In this document: piece after piece, positions 12,601-24,600 of the stretch
How positions within the stretch are numbered: the first letter of the stretch is position 1
Layout: each line of letters begins with the position of its first letter
Assembly (NCBI RefSeq): GCF_018977255.1
Contig: NW_024704742.1
Coordinates: forward strand, 129,706,001 to 129,770,000
Direction of reading: 5' to 3'
DNA from: Callorhinchus milii
Taxonomy: Eukaryota
Length of the DNA stretch: 64,000 bases
Position numbers and translations under genes: made by a program
Notes under the pieces: generated by a model
What the model was told of the DNA's origin: nothing
Seen by the model: the letters and a program-made list of their open reading frames with translations, nothing else
The model's database searches: none

Positions 12601-15600
12601 TGCCAGTAACAGAATGTTACAGCTCAGAAACAGGTTATGCGGGTTAACCAGTCCGTGCTGGTGTTCACACTCCACACCAGCCTCTACTCATCCTAAACTC
12701 CACCTGAAGACTTGGAACTCAGATCGTCTAAGCTGACCCTCCAATGCAGTACTGGAGATGTGCTGTATTATTGGATGTGCCTTCTTTCAAATAAGACATT
12801 AAACTGAGGTCCTGTCTGCCTGTTCAGGTCCCATGGCACTGTTCTAAAAGAGGAGGGAGTTTCTCCCTGTGTCCTGGCCAACACTCCATCAAATACAATT
12901 GGTCATTCACTTCATGGCAGTTTGTGGGACATTACTGTGTGCAAACGAGCTGCCATGCTTGTCCATTAAAGCACACAGTCACTGCAGTTTACAGCATATC
13001 TTGTGAAGCGATTTGTGACATTGTCACGATGTGAAAGGTGCGATACCAAATGTAAGGATTATTTATAATGAATGCCCTCTCCTGTACCTCTCTATTTCCT
13101 TCTCCCTCAGGTTTCTGAAATACATTTTGTTAGGTCTGCAAATTACCTCCCAAAGTTTTGAAAGGCACAGAATTAAATTCACTGCTTACCTATCTCCTGC
13201 AGGTCCACAGTGTCCATGTCCTCTTTAGGAGCTAAAAGCTGGTTGACTTTACTGACGATCCAACCAAAAACTCTGCCATACGCTACTTTAGCAATCGAGT
13301 CCCTGGCATCTAGAACACAAGTCAAAAAGGTCACTGTATGGCATCAACGCAAACTTGAATGATCTCTCTTAATAGCAGCAGTATTGGCTGGTTATTTGTC
13401 TCCCCTTCCTGCCCACATTTTGTCAGCGATTTCCAAACCCAGAATATATACAGGAATATATACAGAAAGATATCAGATTTCACCACATAGTGGCTAAAAT
13501 ACCTACAACTCAATGTCGTTTATAACACAACTCATTACAGTGCAAGGGCAGGTAGGCTGTAAGCCTGCACTGGCGGCTTCAAATGGCTGGCCATGCAACC
13601 AATCAAGCCATAACCGCTCTTATAAGAGGTTCTACCATTAGACCTGCTTCCTGCTCACTTCTCGCCTGCAAAGGAAGACGGCCAGTTAGCACCAGAAGTG
13701 ACATCAACAGCAATCTGACCATCTGAAGTGGGACCAATAGCCATTTATCTGCAGAACGGGCATAGAAAAGCACTCATTTTATGGATCCGAAACACTGCGT
13801 TACAACAGGTTATAGTTGTAGGTAGACAGTCTCAGTTGGGGTAGCAGCGAAGGCACCAAAACTGACACTCGCGTCCCCAGGCTAAAGCGGAGAAAAAACA
13901 AATATTGTTAATGGTTACGACTCTTGTTAGTCTTTCAGTGATCTCTGCTCAGAGGGTGCTCGGGTGGACCCTGAATAATGACAGCCATCCCCACAGTTGA
14001 GTAAGAGAACAACACTTGCCGTTCCAGACTCTCAGAAGAGAGGACACCCGGGTGGGGTTCCAGAGGCTGGGACCGCCGGCAAAACAAATCACGCCTCAGG
14101 ATCTGCCTCGACACATGGTGAGGGGGGGAAACACAGACCAGGAACTTTTGAGAAACTTTTCACAGAGTGAAAATCCTGGAGTTATTCACCGTCAATATGA
14201 AAAAAAAATCGGTCATTCACTTCATAGCTATCGGTGAGGACAAACTGGCTGCCACATTCGCCCACAAGTTACACATTACACTTTACAGTACATTCTGTGA
14301 AGCGATTTGAGAAGTTCTCACAAAGTGAAAGACGTTATTTTAAATGTAAGGATTATTATTATTATTGTCATTGCTCTTGCCTTCAGCTTGCTGCTTGGTA
14401 TGGTGCCTCTGAATGGATTCTCCTCGAGTCACTGCCAGTGTGCAGATCAAACACTTCAACAGATCTTCCTCCTCGACGCCAAACTGACCCTGAGAAAATG
14501 TAACCAGACAAAGGAAATGGTGTTACAGTTGTATACAATATCAGACATTGTATAAATGTCAGAAGGCAAATTGCTGCAGGTGCTGGACTCTGATGAAAGG
14601 CCATCAACCTGAAACATTAACCGCTTTCCTCTCTCCATAGATGCTGCCTGACCTGCTGAGTGTTCCCAGTGACTTCTGTCTTTATGATTGTGTAATATTA
14701 GACCTTATTTGGAATACTGTGTGGGCACCACAGCGTAGAAGTGATGTGCTGACCTTGAATGCCGTGCAGCGCAGCCCACACAATAATACCTGGATTGAAG
14801 AGGCTTACTTATATCATAATAATCCTTGCATTTTGATGGGAGTGCCTTTCAAATCAGGGGACGTCTCAAACCACTCCACAGGATTTACTGCAAAGTGTAG
14901 CGACTGTGTATTTTTAGATGAAACAACAGGCCCCCATTATACAACAGAATGGGGAAACTGGTGCTATATTCTCTTGAGGGATAATCTGATCGAGGCATTA
15001 CAAAATAGTAAATGGAACTGCTAAAGTACCATAAGGAGGGACTCTTTCCTACGATTGCAAGATCCAGAACAAGAGAGCATTATGTAAAAATTATCATTGA
15101 AATCAGGAGTCATTCTCTTAGTCAGAGAGTTGTGGGGATTGTGGAATTCAGTGCCTCCAAGCACTGTCACAGTCACTACACTTTGCAGTAAATCCTGTGA
15201 AGTGCTCCTGGCAATGACAGACGTTACACCAAATGCAAGGATTATTATTATTATAATTAATATAACTTAATTTTATTAACCAGGTTCAGCTTTCCCTTAT
15301 TCCAATACCTAATTACCTCCGTTATGAAATTAGCCTTAGAAAAACACAAATCTATTTTAAAATAAAGTACAAAAACTGTAACTATTACAAGTGTTGCTTT
15401 CAGTAACTATCTGCATGGCTTACATCAATCTGGCTCCATTTCGGGCAACAATCAGTTCCTATGCCAATTATCTGCACTGGCAATGCTTCACGCAGCTAGA
15501 AAATAACATTTGCTGAGGCAAACATCAGATGACAAGAGTACTAAAGAGCATCATTTATCAATCAGCAACATACAGTATCCACAAAACCAGGAGCACCCAT

Positions 15601-18600
15601 TAAACACTAATTACTATTAAACATCCGTCTTGTAGCAATCGAGATTTAATAAAAGACACGCACCAGAATCGAATGTAAACACTAGCCTTGGTTGTTAAAA
15701 CTGTAAACTGCACCACCCCGCCCCCTCTCACTCGCAGCCCAAATTAAGAATAGGCCAACAATCCCCCAATAAAATTGGTCATTCATTTCATGGCTGTTTG
15801 TGGAACACTGCTGTGTTCAAATCTGTCCACGCACTGCAGACCATGGACTACACCACAACTATCCAGCAGGGGTTTCCTGTGACCCTACTTCCACAGCTGC
15901 TCCCTCCACTCAGTCACTCCACTTCACTGTAGATCCTGTGAAGAGCTTTGGGACGTCCTCCTAATGTGAAAGGTGTTATACCAACCTTCTGACTCGGAGA
16001 TGAGAGGCTACCAACCGAGCCAACCAGCTGCCAGGCTGAGTACTGGCAAGATGGCGGCTTTCTTTGGAAAATCACCAAGATTTCAAGACTTATTTCCTCT
16101 CATTTTCTAATGGTGTACACTAATGCTGGCGTATTCTTCAGATTACTTCACCCAGGCAGCTAGTAGTCAGTGTCAGATATGCAGCCAACAACAAAAACTT
16201 GCATTTATATAGCGCCCTTCACGCAGGGTAGAATCATGGAACTCATGACAGTGGCAGAGTCTGACCACAGAGACATCCAGTCTAATCCATTCACTCACCG
16301 CAGACCATAGACTACACCACAACTATCCAGCAAGGGTTTTCTTTGACCCTACATCCACAGCCATTCCCTCCACTCAGAAAATATCAGCCCGCTTTATTCC
16401 CTCCACCCCGATATGCCTCAGCTGTAGAGGACAGGCTTTCAGACATTTTGATCCTGTTCTCTGGAATTCCTTCCAGATGTCCCTCCACCTCGCCCCTCCC
16501 TGTTTTTAAAACCTTTAGACCAATCTCTTTGACAGCACTATCAGCTACATTTCCTCTCCCCTTCAGGCTGGTGCCTAGTCAGCCGTTTGAAACGAAGCAC
16601 TTTGACAAGTCTTTCCGACGTGAAAGAAACTGTATAAATGTGAATTGTTGTCGTCGTGTCACAAGGAAATTATTTGCAATGTGCATTTCGTGTCTCTGAT
16701 GCTTTGGCCTTCATTTCAGAATCACTTTATTACTGCATAGATTTAAATCCATCATGGCAAGTGTCTTGATGCACCGTGTTCTGTTTCGGATTCTGATATG
16801 GTTCAATAAATATCTGGAACAAAACTCAATAGGTACTTTCAAAATGTGACTCAAATACCAAACCCAAACTCTAGGGTTTCAGGGTTATTAGACTTGGAGG
16901 AATCTTATGAGAAGCTGAACAAGGAGGCCAAATGGATCCAGTCTTTCACTCCTGCCTGAAACTGTTTCTATGTAAATGTTAAGTGTGAAAGCAAAAGACG
17001 AGACTCCAGGGAAGTTATGCTGCAGCATGCCAAGAGATTGAATGAGCTCATTCAGACAATTAAGCAGCTGTTAAATGTTATCCTTGGCTCAGGAGTTCCA
17101 TAAACTTCTGATAAAAATAGCCAGTTTGTAAACCTTTTGCACCGCAGCGTATGTAATCACCCTCAGCAATTCAACTCTTGCTAAGAGAAAACACAAATTA
17201 TCTAACGTGGATGAAAGAGGGCTTCCAACAATAAGTAAAACGCGCATAGTCTTATCTTCATAAATCATATAATTGCCTAACTGGTACATCAACCCATGTC
17301 ACATTCAGTTTCCTATCAAAACCACTTCTCACCGATGCTGTCGTTCCGTGGAGAAAACTCTGTTTATATTGGATGCTCGGGATTTTGCCAGCCACTGGCG
17401 ATTCAGTTGGAGCAAAATTCGGATTTCATGTCCAAAAAGTTTTCCGAAGCAAAAATTGAGTTCCTTTCCAGGAGCAGGATCTCCCCTGCCCATGCGAGAA
17501 TTGCAGGTTATTTTGCCATGGTTTAGTTTTGACTATAAAGGAATACTCAATCTGCGACTGTTTGTGAGATGCTGCTGTCCACAATTGGCTGCTGTGTTTC
17601 GCTCACAAAATACAGTCAATTCACTTTAGAGTATATTCTGTGAAGCGCTTTGAGACGCCTTGAAGACGTGATAAGGCTCTATTTCAAATGCAAGGATTAT
17701 TATTACTTACAGCTGCAGCTTTCAACCATCCTTTTGACTCATTGGTCACTTTAAGGATCCCAGTGTCTTGAGGCTCAAACACAATATTGCCCAGTGAGAG
17801 GATTCCTGCCAGTATCGTCAACATGTCGACTTGCTCCTAGAAACAAGGACAAAAAACAAGGAACTAAGATTATTTACTATTGACATAGTAACGGAATTAG
17901 GCACACTGAGTCTGTTCCGATCTTTTATTAGATCATGACAGATCTTTTAATCTAATTTCCTTGCAATCCTCATCTCCCTTTTAAGCAGTGCCCCACAACC
18001 CCACCGGAAATCGATCAATGCATCTGCGGTCTTCTAGACCTCCTTCTATCAAATTACGCTCTGAGACGTTACCTGTGTGAATGTAAATGCAACTTTGTGT
18101 TGTCATTGTATTCCCACATCCTCAATGTTTGGGGGATATTGCTGTGCACAACCCAACAGCAACAACAACTTGCATTTATAGAGCGCAGCTTCACACAGGT
18201 TGCGTCACAGAGAGGTGGAGCTTGACGCTGGGCTGGAAAGGGAGGGTAGTTGACCGAAGGCACAGTCGAAAATGAAAATCTTCAGGTGCGAAAATTGGTT
18301 GCATTCAAATGCAGACACTACACTTCACAGTAAATTCCTGTGAAGGCCAAGATGTCCCGGCAATGTGATAAAATGCTATATGAAATGCAAGGTTAATATT
18401 AAACGTTTTTTAATCCCACTTTGAACCTGACTTCATTTTGCGACTAAACCCATGCTTTTGGAACCTCTACTTTTCACTCACATACAAAATTAAATGATCA
18501 AAGTCCCGGAGACCATCAACTTAAATATCAAGTGATCTTCAAGAGGTTTCTGGAATGAAGCTTTTACCTGTTCCAGAAAGCCAACCATGTCCATGGCATT

Positions 18601-21600
18601 GCACACCTCATGATATTTCGTGCCCCACTGCTGAACGGTTTCTTTGTTTCCATATTTGTGATTCAAGTACCTGTGAGAGACAGAGTGCGATGGGAGTAAT
18701 GGGAAAGAAAATAAAACCATAGCTCATTACCTAAAACACTGAAATCCAAACAGGGCTCTGTTGTAAAGCACTTCTTTTTAACCCCTAATAATAATCCCTC
18801 CAAAAAACAAAAACAATAGTAAATTGGTCATTTTCAATCCACGACTGTTTGTGGGACACTGCTGTGTGCAATTGGCTGCCGCGTTTCTCCCACAAATATA
18901 CAGTCAATTCACTTTACAGCATAATCTGTGAAGCGCTTTGAGATGTCTAGAATGCAGGGATTATTATTATTATTATTATTATTTAAGCACCATTTAAATT
19001 GTTCGCCTATAAAACATAGTCATTTCATTTTACAGTATATCTTGTGAAGAGTTTGAAGATGTCCTCCTGATGTGAAAGGTGCCATATCAAATGTAAGGAT
19101 TGGATTATTATATTATAGCATTGTTGTACTTTGAACCCCATTCACTGAGCATTAGGGGCTTTCACATTAAAATGGACAACTTTCAGGTCATCGTGTCGCC
19201 AAAGACCTCATTTCCTGCTTTCCAGAGAAAACAGGAAGGGGTCTTGGAGTTGTCCCGATGACCCGGAAGCCACCGCAGTTTTCTTTTGCAACAACAACTT
19301 GCATTTATATAGTGCCCTTCACGTCAGATGGCGTCTCAGAGCTCTTAAACTGTAGAGGGATTTACACATTGGGAGCACAGGTGCAGTGAAAACTGCTGTT
19401 GTACTTTGCTGCAGCGCATGTTGGGATTTTCTGGCTCGCAAACACTGCACTATAATCGAGGCTCAACTCTAGTATGAAAGTTCACATTGTCATCCAAGTA
19501 AACACATCCTGTTGCAACACGATAAAAGTAAAAGGGTGGAACAGTTGAGAATGTTGAGCTCAAAGGTCAACAATCATGACCTTTGTAAGGAATTACTGAG
19601 GGGGAGAATTCAAAACTGTTTACAGACATCAAAGGATGATGAAACTAAGGGGATAAAACATCAACTGAAACTCACACCTAACTTAAATTAAGTTGCCTCA
19701 ACTTTCTGCAAGACACACTGGGAATTATGAGACAAGGTATTTATTCCATTTCAGCTCTGTTTAATTGCTAGAGCACTTGCCTGGCAAGCAATTCCCGGGC
19801 GGGGCAAACCATTAGGCAAGTTTCCTTACTATACATGCCTCTGTTTACCTAGCAGTAAGTAGGAACCCAGTTGTTTGTTGATCGGATCGCTTTTATGGGA
19901 GTAATAATCCCTTCAAAAATAAAATAAAACAAATAATAATTTAGTCGCACAATCCACGACTGTTTGTGGGACCTGCTGTGCACAATTGACTGCCATGTTT
20001 CACCACAGAATATACAGTCAATTCACTTTACAGTATATTCTGTGAAGTGCTTTGAGATGTCTTAAAGACATAAGACCCTATGTCAAATGCAAGCAATATT
20101 ATTATTATTCTTAGAGGTGGCAAGTTATCAACTTGACAATCATTGGGATCAAATATTAAATTCACTGAGGCCTCTCAGCATGAAGCAGAAAGCAATTTGT
20201 TAGCCAATTGTGGAGCTGGTCCAAAGTGCGAGGCTCACGTATTGAATCTCCCAAGCGCTCACTTTATTGTCGCCAGGCACTAGCAATCGCTGCTCTCGTC
20301 ATTTCTAATTCTGGTGTAGTGAGTTACGGCATGGTCGAGACAAAGGGTTACAAATCCATCAAGGGTTGCTGAACAGCGGTCAAAGAGGCTCATTTGTTTT
20401 CCTTCTCATCTCAAAGCACTTCATGGGTTATTAACTGTTATTGTCAAATGTAATATTGGGTATTGATCAGCAAATGCAATAGCCAATTTTAGTGCATTCA
20501 AGTTTCCACAAACAGCCATGAAGTGAACGACCAATTTACCTGGAGGATTGTTTGCCAGGACATCAGGGGAAAACCCTTCTCTTTTCATATAGTGTAACAG
20601 GATCCTTAAGCATTCTTCACTCCTCTCCCCACATCACCAACCAGTAGAGCATCTGCCTTTATTGTGAGCTCAAAGTCCCAATATGAGCTTGAACCCACAG
20701 CCTGAGTGAGAGAGTGAGAGTGCTCCTAACTGAGCTAAACTGACGGATGTAAAAGGTTATGGGGGAAGAGCATAGAAATGGAATCAGAGGAGACTGATTC
20801 CCTTATTCCATTCCAAAATTTCTTGAATCTTAAGGATTTGAAGTGCTAAGGAGTCGCTGAGTAAATAGTACCAAGACCCAGGTTAGTCATATCATTAGGA
20901 ATCATTTAAGATTCCTTTAGCACTTGTCATCTGAGAACCTTGCCTTCAAATATAAAGGTACAATATCTGGAATTTTATACTATTGTTGTGATGGAAATAA
21001 ATCAAATTATCAGATCAGCTGTGATGGGATGTGGATGCTTGAGGAATGTGTCACCCCAATAAAAGAGTTACCTGTAGAACTTCGGGTCCAAAAGACCGTA
21101 TACTTCCTGGTCAGCAGCTGATATTCCAGCAAACATGTAGTAGAAAATGTGGAAGTTTCTCTCGCCTTCATCCCGATGCACAACCCGGGATTTCTCCAGA
21201 AGATACTCATTGATCTTAGCACCCTTGACTTGGGAGAAAATAAAGAACAAAGTTACACCATTAACCCCAAATCAATAGGCATCAGATTCACGGGATGAAA
21301 TCACACTTCAGTGCTAATGATCATAAAGACAGGCAAGGATTTTGACTGCTGTCAGGTTGACTGCCCACATTATTATTATTGGTGGCTAGTAATACTACTA
21401 CTATTATAATCTTTGCATTTGATAGGGTGCCTTATCACACCATTGACACGTCTCAAAGCTCTTCACACAAATGTAAAGTGAAACTGTATTTTGTGGACGA
21501 AACATGGCAGACAATTTCACACAGTAGTGCTTCACAAACAAACATGGATTGAATTACTACATTTTTTTTAGGGCATTATTAATCCCCTAGATGTGATCCG

Positions 21601-24600
21601 CCAATCAACTAACAACCGGGGTTCTACTTACTACCAGGTAAACAGAGGCATTTGCTGTAAGAAAACTTGCCTATGATTTTACCCCGCCCAGGAATTGAAC
21701 CCAGGTCCTCTCGCTTTCCGAGGCGAGTGCTCCAACCAATACGCTACGGGAATCCACACTACCCCACTCCACAGTGGAACCACTTGGACTGTGCGCCCCT
21801 TTCACCATCCACTGAGCTCCTTGCAGCCCATGGCAGACACGGAGTCATGAATTGAATCTTAAAAGTTATACTTGTAGAGATGTTTGTCCTCTGGCTCTGC
21901 AATAGAAATATGGCACCTAGGGCACTTTATGAAGTAGCTTGGCAATACGCAGATACAGCTACAAACAACCTTCCCACCCAGAGCAAACTTCTCTAAGGAA
22001 GGATATGGTTTCCTTTGACCAGCAGGACATGGAAGCTAACTCCTGGATAATTTAGCCCAAAATACCTCATTGAAGTCAAGTCGCTAATCCGTCTGCATGA
22101 TGGTGTTGTGTTCTCTAGAGCGCTGGGCTGAGAATGTTGTGTGTGGGAAATGAGCTGGCTCTGTTCAGTTGCATGTAATTTGACACTGTTGTCACTGTTT
22201 AAACACGTGACAACCAATTAGATCTGGGTACAGAACTTGGACCAAAAACAAACCAGTTTCAACTGGATGTGTGGCAGAAAGAACAGGAAATAAACATCTG
22301 GAGGGAGCTCGAGCTTAACATTAAACACAATCCTCAGTTTTAATAAACATAATCCTTGCATTTTAATATAACTCCTTATGTCGTGAAGACGTCTCAAAGT
22401 GCTTCACAGTATATACCGTAAAGTGCACTTATTGTGTATTTTGTGAATGAAACGAGATGAACAAGATATTTTTTCCCCCTTTACCTGTGTTGTTGTAAAA
22501 TCTTAGTTGAATGTATTTCCCAAATCTACTGCTGTTGTCATTCATCACAGTCTGAGCATTTCCAAAGGCTTCAAGTAGAGGGTTTACCTGAAAAAAATAT
22601 TAAAGCTCATAATTGTTTCCTCACACAAGCAAAAGAAAAACTGAATCAACCAACACATATTTCCCTAACTACAGAAACAGACAGACCCTGTTATAACGCA
22701 TTTGGTATATGGCGGGTTGGTTCATAGCGTGATCATATGGTGGAGCAACAGTATATCTGAATACGTACATGTCCGATACTGACTGGTTACATCCCCTGCA
22801 TAAGCTTTCAGAAAACAAAGCCATCCGACTATCCGCACGCTATGTTGGTAGGGAGTCAGCAGGTCAGAGAGGTAGGAGGGGGCAAGGTCATGGATGGCCT
22901 TAAAGATGAGGATAAGGATCTTGAACTCAATCCTCTGGGAGATGGAGAGCCAGTGGAGTCGGGCGAGGGTGTGAGTGATGGGGTCACGGAGCCTGGTGCG
23001 TGAGAGTACAGGAGCTGCAGAGTTTTGGATGATCTGCAGCTTGTGAAGGGAAGAGTTCGGAAGGCAGATGAGGAGGGAGTTCCCTTAATCAATTCCTGTG
23101 CTAGCACGGACACAAACACAACAAAACCACTTCCTCATCACTAGCTAACTTCTCAATTTTCACTGCCCTTTGAGCTATTTTTAAAACATGAAGTTATGTT
23201 TAGCTAATCCTTAGTTGCACAGAAAAAAATCCTCCAGCTACCGAGATTGTAGAGATGCAAAGTTTCAGCTTGGCAGTTTGCAATCTCTCCGGGTGGGATG
23301 AGGTTGAGAGAAGAGAGAAATGAATACACACCCACTTGTCTATTCTCCATAGAGCACATATTTGGCTTTAGGGACTCCAAATTGCTTTTCACTTTACAAT
23401 CTGTGGGAGTGAAGTGAAACTGGTGACCAACTCACGTCAGATTAATTGATAAATCTGATACGAGAAATTCATTATCAATGCAGTGTATTTTATTGTCAAG
23501 GAAACAGCGATATACAACACGTCTTTTAATGTCAAACAATTATAAAGGATAATTATTAAAGGCACCATTATCCATTAAAGTGTGTGTGTATGTTATATTT
23601 GCACTGGGTGGGTACTGGACATGTATGTGTGGGTGAAGACAGAATGTATCGTGCCTGCAGTATTTTTAGAGCAGTCAAACAGAAAAAAAACATATTAAGT
23701 GTTTTAATGAGAGCCTTCAGCCTTTCTGCCCCCATTCTATGGAACTCCAATCCACATTCCCTTCACCTCACGTCTCAAAACCCTCTTCTTCGACTGAGCC
23801 TTTGGCCACCCTCCTACCCTCCTTGCCCTCTACGCTCCCCAATCCCGGGTCCAAATCCCTGACTGTCCAGTGCCTTGGGACATCCTCTCGACGTGAAAAG
23901 TACTATACAAATCGAATTTTGCAATGTATCATAGAATATGCTCTGAAGCATTTTGAGACATCTTGATGTAAAAGGATGTATATCAAATCCAAGGATTATT
24001 ATTGATAATTATTAGTTACCTGGTAGGCAAGGGTGGAATTTGTAGAACTTGTGCAAAGTGTAACAAGTTTAACATACAAATCGCGAGTTAGACTGAACAT
24101 CTTTAAGACAAGCTATTGTGCAAGCGGATGAGGAAGGAAATTAAAAGTTGCTGCACTATTTTTAGTACTGTATCCGATTTCATGCCACATCAATTCCTAT
24201 CATTGAACCTGAAATTGATTTAAAATGTTGGCAAATCCCATAAAAAGTGTCCGAACATAGGCACCATGTAAAAACATAGAGAAGTGGATTTGCACAGGAA
24301 CTCAAATTTGAGATAAATTAAGAATCTACACTTCCTATTTTCTTTGCCTTTGATTAGATCTACATAGAGTCACAGAAGAAATTGTTCAACAATGTGGTTT
24401 TTAACGGAATGCAAACCGTGCCCAGTTTAGTTATTGTGCTGGAGGATTTTCAGCAAGAAGGGAGGGGAAGATAACTTATATTTAGATGGGAGACTAAATA
24501 AAGTATTTGTAGGTAGTGACTGTGGTCAACTGAATGCCACTTCTAGGTTTGTTAATCAAATGGACAATTGACTGAAGCTTTTTGTCCTGCTCAAATTCAG

